Below are positions 19,904 through 30,700 of a DNA stretch of 61,592 nt, piece by piece. The stretch is from an uncultured Akkermansia sp. (lineage in GTDB: Bacteria > Verrucomicrobiota > Verrucomicrobiia > Limisphaerales > UBA9464). The position numbers and the translations under genes were made by a program. The stretch lies in assembly GCA_964386625.1 (NCBI GenBank), contig CAYLTF010000005.1:1-61592 (forward strand), in the 5' to 3' direction. The notes under the pieces were generated by a model, which did no database searches, was not told the origin of the DNA, and worked only from the letters and a program-made list of their open reading frames with translations. Every line of letters begins with the position of its first letter. Position 1 is the first letter of the stretch.

Positions 19904-20422
19904 ATGGAATCCGACCCCCAGCTCCTCATCGCCGATCCTGAGATCGACCGGATGTTCATGGGCGAGGCCCTGCGCCAGGCGGTCAAGGCTTACGACGCCC
20001 AGGAAGTGCCCGTCGGTGCCGTGATCGTCCGGGGGCATCGGGTCATCGCGCGCGCCTGGAATCAGGTTGAACTCCTCAAGGACGCCACAGCCCACGCCGA
20101 GATGCTGGCCTTGACCATGGCGCAAGAGGCCGTCGGCGACTGGCGTCTGACCGACTGCACGCTGTATGTCACCAAGGAGCCCTGTCCGATGTGTGCCGGG
20201 GCCATCGTCCATTGCCGCCTCGCGCGGGTGGTCTTCGGGGCGCCCGATGCCAAGGGGGGCGCCGCCGGGGGTGCCATGAATGTGCTCCAATTCCCCACCC
20301 TGAACCACCGCAGTGCGATCACCCCGGGAGTCCGCGAAGAGGAGTGCCGACACATCCTGAAGAGTTTTTTCCTCGAGCAGCGGACCCGGAAGGAGCGTCC
20401 GGTTTCCCCGTCCGATTCATGA
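19904..20422 (+). CDS. tadA: tRNA adenosine(34) deaminase TadA
   Basis: ATG at 19904, 2 nt after the NUDIX stop. Zinc-binding motifs 'HAEMLAL' and 'PCPMCAGA' are present. Confidence 0.9.
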   Translation: MESDPQLLIADPEIDRMFMGEALRQAVKAYDAQEVPVGAVIVRGHRVIARAWNQVELLKDATAHAEMLALTMAQEAVGDWRLTDCTLYVTKEPCPMCAGAIVHCRLARVVFGAPDAKGGAAGGAMNVLQFPTLNHRSAITPGVREEECRHILKSFFLEQRTRKERPVSPSDS

Positions 20423-21492
20423 GGGTTTCCCGGGGATCCTTCGCGAGTGCGGTGATCCTCGGGGTCCGGCTGCTGTGCTGTGCCATGCTGGTGCCGGTCG
20501 CCCGGGGGATCATCGTGTTCGGCTCCGGCGATCCGAGCCGGAACACGACGGATCCCTCCGGCACGCTGCAGGGCAGCGGTTGGCAGTGGCAGGGACGCTG
20601 GCAATTCGCCCTGGGCACGGTCATCGGACCGCGGCAGTTCGTGACCGCCAAGCACCTGGGAGGATCCCCGGGCGACGGCTTTGAATTCCGCGGTCTTCAC
20701 TACCGCACCCTCTCGGCCACCCATCGTCCCGGGACCGACCTCGTGGTCTTCACCGTGGCCGGGCGTTTCGGGGACTTCGCTCCGTTGAACACCAGCACCC
20801 GCGAAGCCGGTCGTCCGCTCATGCTCTTCGGTCGGGGAGGTCGTCGCGGGGAAGCGGTGGAGGGACGGGGCTGGCTGGTGGGCGATTACGATGGGGTGCA
20901 GCGCTGGGGGACCAACACGGTGAAGGGCGTGTTGCCCGCGAACCTGTCGCCCGTGGGAGACCTGCTGGTCTTCGACTTCTCCGGGACCGCGGGGGCCGAC
21001 GAGGGAATCTACTCCGGGGGGGATTCCGGCTCGGGTGCCTTCATGCTCGACCGGGATGGTGCCTGGAAACTCGCCGGTGTGGGCTATGCGGTCGAGGGCC
21101 CCTACACCGCCGACACCAACACGGCACCCCGATTCGGTGCCTTCTTCGATACCCGCGGTCTCTGGGCCGGACAACCGGGAAGCCAGGAATGGTTGCCCGA
21201 CGCGCCGACACCGACCGGCACGCCGGGGTACATGACCCGGGTCTCGTCGCATGCGGCGTGGATGACCCTTCAGACCTCCATCCAACGGCCCGAGGGTGAG
21301 CCTGTCCTGGAATCGGCTGCGCGACTCGGAGGGGCCTTCGCGGAGGAGAGCGCCTACGCCCTCGACTGGGGCCAGCGACGCATCGAGGTGCCCCTCTCGA
21401 CAGAGACGCGTTTCTTTCGCATCCGCGGTGCGTCTCGCCTCGAACTGGTTTCCATCGAAGCCGGGATCTGCACCTTGCGGTTCGAATGGTGA
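20419..21492 (+). CDS. Secreted trypsin-like serine peptidase
   Basis: The ATG at 20419 overlaps the tadA stop (ATGA). Signal-like N-terminus 'MRVSRGSFASAVILGVRLLCCAMLVPVARG', His segment 'FVTAKHLGG', and catalytic Ser segment 'GGDSGSGAF'. Confidence 0.7.
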   Translation: MRVSRGSFASAVILGVRLLCCAMLVPVARGIIVFGSGDPSRNTTDPSGTLQGSGWQWQGRWQFALGTVIGPRQFVTAKHLGGSPGDGFEFRGLHYRTLSATHRPGTDLVVFTVAGRFGDFAPLNTSTREAGRPLMLFGRGGRRGEAVEGRGWLVGDYDGVQRWGTNTVKGVLPANLSPVGDLLVFDFSGTAGADEGIYSGGDSGSGAFMLDRDGAWKLAGVGYAVEGPYTADTNTAPRFGAFFDTRGLWAGQPGSQEWLPDAPTPTGTPGYMTRVSSHAAWMTLQTSIQRPEGEPVLESAARLGGAFAEESAYALDWGQRRIEVPLSTETRFFRIRGASRLELVSIEAGICTLRFEW

Positions 21493-21565
21493 GCCGATGC
21501 TCCCGGACGGCCCCGAGGCCCTGGATCCCGGTCGCGGGCCCCCGGCAAGGGGCCTCCCGCCATGT

Positions 21566-23098
21566 TCAGCGCGGGGGAATCAACGGGGTCGCTCCCGGGG
21601 GAGGCGAGGGTCCCGCACCGGCCAGCACTTCGACAAACTGGTCCATCCGCACCCGCGCCTGCGGGTCGGACTGGGCTTCGTTGGCGTAGATGGCGAAGAC
21701 CAGTTCATCGCCCCCGACGCTGGTCACGTAGCCCCCGAGGGCATGGACTCCCCGCAGGCTGCCGGTCTTGGCCCGCACGTTTCCCAGGGTCGGTGCGGTC
21801 TTGAATCGATGCCGCAGGGTGCCGTCGACGCCCCCCACGGGCAGGCTCCCTTTCCACGCCTGCCGATGCGGGTGCAGGGCCATGGATCGCAAGAGGGTCG
21901 CCGTGGCGGCCGGGGTGACGCGGTTGGCCCGCGAGAGTCCGGATCCCTCCTCCAGGCGCACCGCCCCCTCGGGGATGCCTGCGCGTTCCAGGAAGCCCGG
22001 CAGCCTCGACAATCCCCATGCGTCATGCCTCCGGTGGTGGGGCGTCGTCCCGGTGCGAAGAGCCTCCCGTTCCGCGAGCCGCCCCACCTCGGCCAGCAGC
22101 AATTGCGCATGGAGGTTCTGGGAGGGTTTCAGGCACAGCGCGAGCCGTCGGGACAACGGATCGGAGCTCCAGTGATCCCATGCCAGGGAGGGGCAGCCCT
22201 GGTCGGAGTGGACGCTCCGCACCGACCCTGTGACGGTGATCCCTCGACGCTCCAGGGTGCGCTTCAGCAATTCTCCGAAGGTCCGCGCGGGGTCGGCCAC
22301 CGCCAGTTCCGCGGACCAGCCATGCGCACCCCGGGCCCACCGACCATCGAAGCGGATCCGTGCGTCGGGGGCTCGACGGACATATCGGATCCGGTGGCTG
22401 GTGTTGGTGCCCACCGTTACCCGCCAATCGACCGACAGGGAGGGCAGGGGTGGTTCGAGGTGGAACGGGATGTCCGTGGCGTCCTGCGGAGCGGGGCCGG
22501 CCACCAGGCGGAAAGTGTTGTCGTTCACCACGAAGGCCGAGACCGGGGCGCCGTACCACTCCGCCCGATCCTCGTCATCCCATCCGGGACCGTAGTCGGG
22601 GATCCGCAGGGCTGCGTCGCACATCACCAGGTCGCCGATCACCCGCCGCAGGCCTTTTGAATGCCAGCGGTCCACCAGAGGCAGGAGCGCGTCGTCCCAG
22701 GTTCCGGGGCGCGGGCTGGTGTTCAGGGTGGGATCGCCCTGGCCGACGACCCAGAGGTCGGAGCGCAGGACCCCGTTGGCGTCGGGGAGGCGGTCCACGT
22801 GGATCGGAGTGTCCAGCCGCGCTGCCGGGCCCAATTGGTCCAGGGCCATCGCCCCGATGAAGAGCTTGGTGTTGGAGGCGGGGATGAAGGCCTCGAAGGC
22901 GTTGGTGCTGAAGAGGACCGTCCCGTCGAGGCGGGTCACCACCGCTCCCCACCGGGGCGAGGCTTTCGGGGAGGCGGCGAGCGTCCGCTGCAGGCGTTCC
23001 GCGAGGCGTGACGGATCCTCGGCCCGCAATGCCCCTGCGAGGAGCGACGCGACCCCTGTCAGGAGCCCCATCGCGATGGACCATGCGCGTCGGTTCAA
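21566..23098 (-). CDS. dacB: D-alanyl-D-alanine carboxypeptidase/endopeptidase (PBP4, peptidase S13)
   Basis: SxxK motif in 'PASNTKLF' and KTG motif in 'RAKTGSL'. The track ORF runs to 23527, across the tRNA. The likely start is the TTG at 23098 ('(M)NRRAWSIAMGLLTGVASLLAGALRA', signal-like); the ATG at 23071 is the alternative. Confidence 0.8.
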   Translation of the reverse strand: MNRRAWSIAMGLLTGVASLLAGALRAEDPSRLAERLQRTLAASPKASPRWGAVVTRLDGTVLFSTNAFEAFIPASNTKLFIGAMALDQLGPAARLDTPIHVDRLPDANGVLRSDLWVVGQGDPTLNTSPRPGTWDDALLPLVDRWHSKGLRRVIGDLVMCDAALRIPDYGPGWDDEDRAEWYGAPVSAFVVNDNTFRLVAGPAPQDATDIPFHLEPPLPSLSVDWRVTVGTNTSHRIRYVRRAPDARIRFDGRWARGAHGWSAELAVADPARTFGELLKRTLERRGITVTGSVRSVHSDQGCPSLAWDHWSSDPLSRRLALCLKPSQNLHAQLLLAEVGRLAEREALRTGTTPHHRRHDAWGLSRLPGFLERAGIPEGAVRLEEGSGLSRANRVTPAATATLLRSMALHPHRQAWKGSLPVGGVDGTLRHRFKTAPTLGNVRAKTGSLRGVHALGGYVTSVGGDELVFAIYANEAQSDPQARVRMDQFVEVLAGAGPSPPPGATPLIPPR

Positions 23099-23497
23099 AC
23101 GAAGGGGTTCAACCGTCGACGTCTTGGATGTCGACGTGGGGGGGATGACAAAAGGACAGCCCGGGGACCGGTTGGGATTCGACGGGGCGACCTGCGGTGT
23201 CGAGGGATTGAAGTCGTTCAGCCGAGACCCCCCGAATTCCATCGGATGCCGTGGCTCACGTGGAGGATGTGGCCTGGAACGGGGAATCACCGGCGGGTGC
23301 ATGGTCGGTTGGAATCCGCCTCGGGAGAAGGTGTCTCGGAAGCGGAGACGTTCTGAGAAGAGGATCCCTGTTGCAGACGGGTTCGGAAGGAAATTTCCGA
23401 GCAGGCGATTTTCTATCGGGGGACTTCCGGGAAATGGATTCCTGAGAAATCGATTCCTGAGGGATGGACTTTCGAGAGATCTATTTCCGGGGAGGAA

Positions 23498-23572
23498 TGG
23501 CTCCAGAGGAAGGGCTCGAACCTTCAACCCATCGGTTAACAGCCGATTGCTCTACCATTGAGCTACTCTGGA
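23498..23572 (-). tRNA. tRNA-Asn (anticodon GTT), CCA encoded
   Basis: The minus strand reads TCCAGAG-TA-GCTC-AATGGTA-GAGC-A-ATCGG-CTGTTAA-CCGAT-GGGTT-GAAGG-TTCGAGC-CCTTC-CTCTGGA-G-CCA. It folds by hand into a full cloverleaf with a 7-bp acceptor stem, a TTCGA T-loop, anticodon GTT and discriminator G. Confidence 0.9.
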
Positions 23573-23769
23573 ACGCTCGGAGGGCGCAGAAAGTAGCGGC
23601 ATGGCTTTCGTCGCGTCAACGAGCATTTGACGCGGTTTGCCGATCCATGGTGGGGAGGGCATGACCGCGGGCGAGCCTTGGCCTTCGCGGCCCACGCAAG
23701 GATTCGAGTCGATGCCGCCGGTCGGTCCTGCGGCTTGGAGCGGGAGAGAGCCTGGGGTAGGCTCCGTCC

Positions 23770-24033
23770 ATGACTCGCCAGAAGGTCTTGGATCTCTATT
23801 TCATGGATGCTCGCTGCAAGCTGATAGAAATCGCCGCGTTCCTGGATCGGGTGGATCGTGCCGAAGGCCCCGACGACTTCCGTCTGGAGGCGTTCCGGCA
23901 GGCGATGCGGCATCTGGGAGCGGGGGAGTCCGGCCGTGCCGAGTCGGTCCTGCGCTCTCTGAGCGATCCCACCGTGGAGCCGATCGCCCAGGCTCCCGGG
24001 AAGGGTGCGGCCGGGGCTTGGCCCGGTCGTTGA
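23770..24033 (+). CDS. Hypothetical small protein
   Basis: 87-aa ORF with an ATG start and a plausible helical sequence ('KVLDLYFMDARCKLIEIAAFLDRVDR'). I recognise no family. It lies in an otherwise non-coding gap. Confidence 0.4.
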   Translation: MTRQKVLDLYFMDARCKLIEIAAFLDRVDRAEGPDDFRLEAFRQAMRHLGAGESGRAESVLRSLSDPTVEPIAQAPGKGAAGAWPGR

Positions 24034-24133
24034 GGTTCCGCGGCGCGGAGACAAGATCCACCACCGTCGGATCCGCCAGGAAACCCCATCGACTCTTCTG
24101 CAGGGCGAGTCATCGCCGCGCGGGGCGCCCGAC

Positions 24134-24700
24134 TCAGGGAGAACAGGCGATCACTCCGGGCGTGGAATAGAGGTAGCGTCCGTCCCCGATCGGGTGGCGG
24201 GCGATCACGGTGACCCTGTCATTCTTCGGCTTGAACCCGCCCCAGCGAAGCGTCAGCTGGTAGCCCGTTCCGACCATCGCCTGGGTTTCGTAACTCTTGA
24301 GATCCTTGGCCGTGAAAGTCCAGGTGTGGGCGGGTTGAGGAAGCGGGGCGTTGTTCCCGGTCAGGAGTCCGTCGAAGAGCAGGATCTCGATCTCACCGCT
24401 GCGGATCTGTCCAGGTTTCGCCGCGTTGCCCACGTTCGCGAAGAGTTTGACGGCGACCCCATCCGGCCCCGCCGCGCCATCCAGATTCAGGGCGACCGGC
24501 ATCGTCAACAGATGGAGTTCCAGGATCCCCGACGACCGCTGCGAACCGCGGCCTCGCATACCGGTTCCGGATGCGGTCCCCGAACCTCCGGTGCCGCATC
24601 CGACGGCCAGCCCGAGGACCAGCGCGATGCACAGCATCGGCACCCGGCCCGGGAGATGGCGGCCTGCGTGGAGGACTGGGAATCGGGATGTGGGCATCAC
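24134..24700 (-). CDS. Lipoprotein translationally coupled to the giant secretin (candidate pilotin/accessory)
   Basis: 188 aa. Its ATG (24700-24698) overlaps the secretin stop (24699-24697) as ATGA. The lipobox is 'LVLGLAVGC'; the mature part looks beta-rich. Confidence 0.6.
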   Translation of the reverse strand: MMPTSRFPVLHAGRHLPGRVPMLCIALVLGLAVGCGTGGSGTASGTGMRGRGSQRSSGILELHLLTMPVALNLDGAAGPDGVAVKLFANVGNAAKPGQIRSGEIEILLFDGLLTGNNAPLPQPAHTWTFTAKDLKSYETQAMVGTGYQLTLRWGGFKPKNDRVTVIARHPIGDGRYLYSTPGVIACSP

Positions 24701-27700
24701 TTCTTGCCGGCGGGTGTGTTGGTCTTGGAGCCGTTGGGGTCGTTCGGGAAGATCGAGTCCAGCAACTGGGCCTTCAGCGGATCCTTGTGCTCTGCGCTGC
24801 GAAGCGTCGACTTCTCCAGCATCCGGGTCGAGTAGTTCCCGATGGTGGTGATCTTGGCCTCCTGGTCATGGTTGGCGGTCAGCACCTGGGGCGTCAGCAT
24901 GATGAGCAGTTCCCGGCGCTCGGTCTTCTTGGACGAGCTGCGGAAGAAGAAACCGACACCCGGGATGTCGCCGAAGAAGGGCGTCTTTTTGCGGCGGATG
25001 TCGTCGACGGTGCCGATGAGGCCGCCGATGACCACGGTCTGGCCGCTCTGCACCGTGACCGTCGTGGAGGCGCGTCGCTCGTTGATGATCGGCACGGTCG
25101 CCTTGTCGTTGATCTCCACGCTGGAACTGGCCAGGGAGCTGTTGGTGGCGCCCACATCGATCTTCACGAAACCTTCGCCGGTGATGCGCGGAGTGACGGT
25201 GAGGTTCACACCCACGTCGCGGTAGTCGAAGGTGTTGATCTGGCCGCCCTGCGGTGTGGTGGAACTGCCGGTGATGATCGGGACCCGTTGGCCGATGTTG
25301 ATCGAGGCGATCTTGTTGTCGGCGGTGAGGATCTGCGGCCGGCTCAACACCTCCACTCGGCCGTCGTTCTCGAGGGCCCGCATCAGGAAGTTCATGTTGT
25401 TGCCGGTGACCAGCGCCGAATAGCCCCCGAAGTTCTGCATCTGGGCGGGGATGCCGAAGTCGGTGCCGGTGCCGACGTTCCAGCCGTTGCCGACATTCTT
25501 GGTGAAGCTCCACTCGAAGCCCAGGTCGCGGTTCGAGTCGAGGGTCACCTCGGCCAGGAGCACCTGGATGAGCACCTGCGACTGGGCTTGGTCGAGCTCC
25601 TCGATGATCTGGTGGATCTGCTCGAAATACCGCGGGCTGGCCGAGAGCAGCAGGGTGTTGCTGACCTGCTCGGGCACGATGGCCACCTCGCGCTCCAGCA
25701 GGCGCTGGGCGGTGCCGACCGCGTCGGTGCCCAGCACCTGGGTGACCCGCTGGCGTTCCTGGTCAAGGAAGCTGCGGATGGCGGTGCCGACATCGGGTGC
25801 CTGGGCGTTCTTGAGGCGATAGACCTCGGTCTTGCGCTCCAGGGCCTCGGACGAATCGAGAGTCTCGATGATCTGCTGGACCAGCGCGACGTAGTGCTCG
25901 GTGCCGCCGACCAGCAGGGTGTTGGTCCGGGGATCGACGCTGACCGTCAAGGCAGTCTGCTCCTCGGAGCCGATGACGGCGGTGGCCGAGGCGGTCTCGG
26001 TGCCATCCGGGGCCGGCTTCATGAGGGTGTATTGGATGGTCCGCTGCCCGTTGGCGGCCAGCGCGGTGCCGCTGGACTGCATGCGGAACATCGAAAGCAG
26101 CAGTTGGGCGGTCTGCTGGGCGTCGGCGTTGCGGAGCGAGAACACGCGGATCTTGGCCTCGCGCGAGGAACTGTTGTCGAGGCGGCCGACGATCTGCTCG
26201 AGCAGGCCCATGTAGTCGACCGGTCCGGACACCACGAGGGCGTTCATGCGCGGGTCCGGCGTGATCGAGATCGCCTCCTTGAGGGCGGCGGTCACCAGCT
26301 CCTGTCCGTCCTCGGTCCGGGTCACGAATTGCAGCACCGACTGGGCATTCGGGCTCAGGTCCGAGAGCGGGGCGATCTTTGAATTCAGGGAGGTGTTCAA
26401 GACCTGGGTGAGGTTCTCGGCCCGGGCGTACTTGAGGGGAATCACGCGGATCTCGCTCACGCGTGCGGTCTGGTCGGTGTCCAGCTTCGCCACTACGTCG
26501 CGGATGCGCTTCAGGTCGGTGGCTCCGCAGGAGACCACCAGCGCGTTCACCCGCTCGTCGGCGCTCACCACGATGGGCAGGGGACCGCCCTGGGTGCCTT
26601 CACGGAAAAGGCCCTGGACGGTCTGGGCGACCTTGCGGGCGTCGGCCTTGGCCAGGGGGATCACTTCGACCTTGAGGCCCAGTTCAGCCTGCTGCGTGTC
26701 GAGCCGCTGGATCAGGCCGTCGATCATGGACATGTCCTCGACCACCGCACCCACGATCAGCGCGTTCACCCAGGCGTCGGCGACCACGGTGATCGGATCG
26801 ACCGGCTCACCCCGTGCCTTGGGCGGGCGGTTGGCGAAGAGTCGCTGCAAGGTCGTCTGCAGGCGGACCGCGGTGGCCTCCTTGAGGGGGAAGACCCGGA
26901 AATTCAGCTGGGCGAGGCGGTCCTCGGCGTCGAGCTGGGGCACGATGCGGTCGAGCATGTCGATGGCCTCCTTGGAGCCGGTCGCGAGGATGGCATTGAG
27001 CCGGGTGTCGGCGATCACGGCCACGGGCATGCTGCGCTCCGGTGCATTGAGCGAGGCGGCGTCGGCCGCCTTGCGGGCCTGGAGGTACTGGGTGAGGACC
27101 CCCGCCAGGTTGGAGGCCCGGGCGTGCTCCAGCTTGTACACTTTGAGGTCGGTGGCGGCCACGAAGTCCACGGTGTCGACCTTGGCGAGGATCTCCTTGA
27201 TGAGACCGAGATTGTCGGGGCTCGCCGAGACCATGAGCGTGTTGCTCCGGGTATCCACGGCGATGGCCATGGCGTCCCGGCTTGCCTGGCCTGGGATCTT
27301 CACGTCGGACCGGCCCGGGCGGTACATGCCTTGCTGGACCAGGCTCTTGAGCATGGTGGCCACGCGCTGGGCGTCGGCATGCTTGAGGACGAAAGTCTCC
27401 AGCACACCCTCGGCGACGGTGGGTTCGACATCGATGCGGGTGAGCAGGTCCTTGATGAGGTCCAGGTTCTCCTTGTTGGAGGAGACGATCAGGGAGTTGT
27501 TGAGACTGTCGGTCTGGATCTCCACCCGGTCGGTGGGGGAGGGAGTCTGGCCGGGCAGGGTGCGCGCCTGGATGCGGGCGGCGAAGACACCCTCGAGAGT
27601 GGCGGCAACCCGTGCGGCGTCGTTGTGCTTCAGGGGCAGGACGGTCAGCGCCAGCGAGGGGTTGTCGAGCTTGCGGTCGAGCTTCTTGAGGAGGGCGTCG

Positions 27701-30700
27701 ATGGTCTCGTTGTCCTCGCGGCCGGCGGACACCATCAGCGCGTTGACCCGGGCGTCGGGCAGGATCACCGGTTTCTGGCGCTGGATCTCGGGCGAGGTGC
27801 TCGCCTGGTAGCGTTGGGTGAACAACTGATTGAAGGACGCCGCGAGGATGCGGGCGTCTGCATACTCCAGCGGCACGATGCGCACGCCGCCGGTCAGGCC
27901 CGGTGCGGCGTCGTCGAGCTTGCGCGCGAGAGATTCGACCAGTTCGTACGCATCCTTGCCACCGCCGACCAGGAGGCTGTTGGAGCGCGGTTCAGGCAGC
28001 ACCAGCACCTTGAGGCTGTCGGCCTGGCCTTTCCCGAGGGAACCCTGGCGGGTGACCCGCTGATCCATGAGGCGCTGCAGGGTCGCGGCCAGTTGGGCGG
28101 CATCGGCATGGGCGAGGGGCAGGATGCGGATGTCCCGGAACTCCGGCGCCATCGGCTTGTCGAGTTGGGCGATGAGGTTGTCGATGATGGCGAAGGCCTT
28201 GTCGTTCCCGGAGACGATCATCGAGTTGCTGCGATCATCGAGCGTGACGGTCGGGCGATCGGCCGGCTTGGCGTTGGCGTTGCGCGGGCCATTGTGGAGA
28301 TCGGAGATGATCTTCTGGACCGAGGCCGCGTCGGCGTGCTTGAGCGGATAGATGCGGACGGTGCTCAGCCCCGAGGCATCGGGGATGTCGAGTTGGGCCA
28401 GCAGTTCCTCGATCAGCGGCAGGGTGTCGGCGCGGGCGGCGACGATCAGGGCGCCGGCATTGTCGTCGGCCTGCAGGGTCAGGGCGGTGCGGGTCTTGGC
28501 CTGCTCGGTGGAGACCGTCTTGCCGCCCTCGCGGCGGGTCTGCAGCCGGCTGACATAGTTGTTCAACCCCTCGGTTCCCGGGACCGCCGGCCCCTCGGCG
28601 AACACGGATTGAAGCATCGGCAGCAGGCGGCTCGGGGTGGCGTATTTCACCCGGAACACCTTCACCTCGGTGATGGACGCGTCCCATTGCTTGTCGAGGT
28701 CTTTGACGAGCTTGCGGGCCAGCTCGATGGAGTCCTTGCGGCCGGACAGGATGAGGGCGTTCAGGCGGGAATCCGGAGTGACATTCAGGAGGCTGGCCAG
28801 TGCGCGTGCCGATCCGTTCTCGGGCTTGCCCGGGCCGTCCTGGCGGGTGCCGAGCTTGGCGCCCTGGGTGAAGATGGAGGTCAGGGTCTGGGCGGTGGTC
28901 CGGGCATCGGCGTGGAGCAGGGCCACGACCGCGAAGTCGGCGGCCTCGGCGGAGCCCACCTGGTCGAGCATCTCCACGACCTTGCCCAGGGCGTCGAGGT
29001 TCTTCGGGGTGGAGGTGATGAGCAGGCGGTTGCCGTCGCTGGGATCGGCCGTGATCTTGATCGGGCGCTGGAGATCGAGGGCCAGCGGTTCGCCCGAATC
29101 CCCCCGGATGTTGAGTTTGCGGACCTGCTCCTGGAGTTCACGCGCCTCGGTGCCCGCTTCTCCGGTGGCTCCCGGTCGCAACAGGTTCTGCAGGGTCGTG
29201 GCCATCGCCGGCGCGGCATTCTGCTTGAGCGTGAACACCCTCACCTCGGCTTCCGCATCTTCGCTGGGGGTGTCGAGGGTCTTGATCATCTTCTCCACCT
29301 GGGCGATGAGCGGCTCGCGGGCCACCACCAGCAACCCCTTGGATCGGCCGTAGGGGAGCACCGTGAGGGGATCGCCGGGATGCTGGGCGGCGAGTTGCTG
29401 GATCAGTTGCTGGACCAGCGGCGTGATTTTGGACGGGGGGGTGTGGGTGAGGGTGATGAGCCGATGCGACAGGTCGGCTGCCGGGTTGGCCGTGTCGAGT
29501 TGTTTGACCAAGGCCTCGATGATGGAAAAATCCTTGGCCGAGGCCCGGACCAGGAGGCTCCGGGATCGGGACTCGGGCACCACGGTGAAGCGGGGTGGAC
29601 GCTGGTTCTGCTGGTTCTGCTGGGCTTCGGGCTGCCCGCCACGGCCACCACCCGGACGGAAGACGTTGTTGAGGGTCCGGGCCATGACCACCGGGTCGGC
29701 CTGCGACAGGGCCAGGATGCGGAGGTCGCTCTCGCCCGAGGTGGCCTTCCAAGACAGGTCGGTGACCATGCGGTTGATGCGGTCGAGTTCCGGGGCCGGG
29801 CCCGACAGGATCAAGGCATTGGCGTTCCGGTCGAGGGCCACGGTGACCTCCGGGGCCTGTGCCGGATTGTTGGTCTTGGTGCGGTCGATCGCCGGCAACC
29901 GTTCGACCAGCTTCAGCGAAGCGCCGTACATCTGCGGATAGATGTTGGTCAGCATGCCGACCATCTGCTCCACCGGCACGTCATCCACCGTCAGGAGCCG
30001 GACTTGGAGGCTGTTGTCCTGGGCGGAGGTGTCCAGCCGCTGGATCAGGTCCTGGATCTGGGGCATGTCGGAGCGCCGGGCGATCACTGTCAGGGTGTTG
30101 GCCTCGCGGTCCACCTCGAGGACGGGCTGTTCGCCGCGAGGGCGCTCCTCATAGACGGCGGCGACCTTCATGCGGATGTCGGCGGCCCGCGCATTCTGGA
30201 GCCAGACGAACTGCACGTCGCGGTCCGAGCGCTCCGGGGCCTTGTCGAGGGTCGGCAGCAGTTGCTCGATGAGTTTGAAATGGGTGGCCGAGGCGGTGAT
30301 GAGCAGACTGTTGGATCGGGGATCGATGGCGATGGCCGGCTGGGAACGGCCACCGAAACCGCGGCGTTCGAGCCGGGTGCTCACGTTGGCCAGCAGCTGG
30401 GAGAGCACCGGCTGGATGTCGGTGGCGTTGGCGCTGCTGAGCTTGTAGATGCGGACCTCCACCTCGCCGGTGGCGCTTTCCGCGTCGAGCTCCTTGACCA
30501 GCTTCATGACCTCCTGCACGGCCTCGCCCGGCCCGTTCAGCAGGAGGGCGTTGGCGCCGGTCACCGGGGTGATGCTGACCCGGCGGAGCTTGGCGTCGGT
30601 CCCCTTGCTGGCGATGGCCTTGTTGACCGACTCGGCCACGGTCTCTGCGACCGTCTTGCGCAGGAGCACCGTCTGGAGCACCGACGAGCCGCCCGGGTCC

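Noticed and set aside
23099-23527. N-terminal extension of the dacB ORF across tRNA-Asn.
   Set aside because: It would run through a tRNA gene on the same strand. The signal-peptide-like start lies at 23098 or 23071.
23612-23634. Perfect 8-bp inverted repeat CGCGTCAA-N7-TTGACGCG between tRNA-Asn and the 87-aa ORF.
   Set aside because: It has no U-tract, so it is not a convincing terminator, and it occurs only once in the window. It could be an operator, but nothing supports a specific call.
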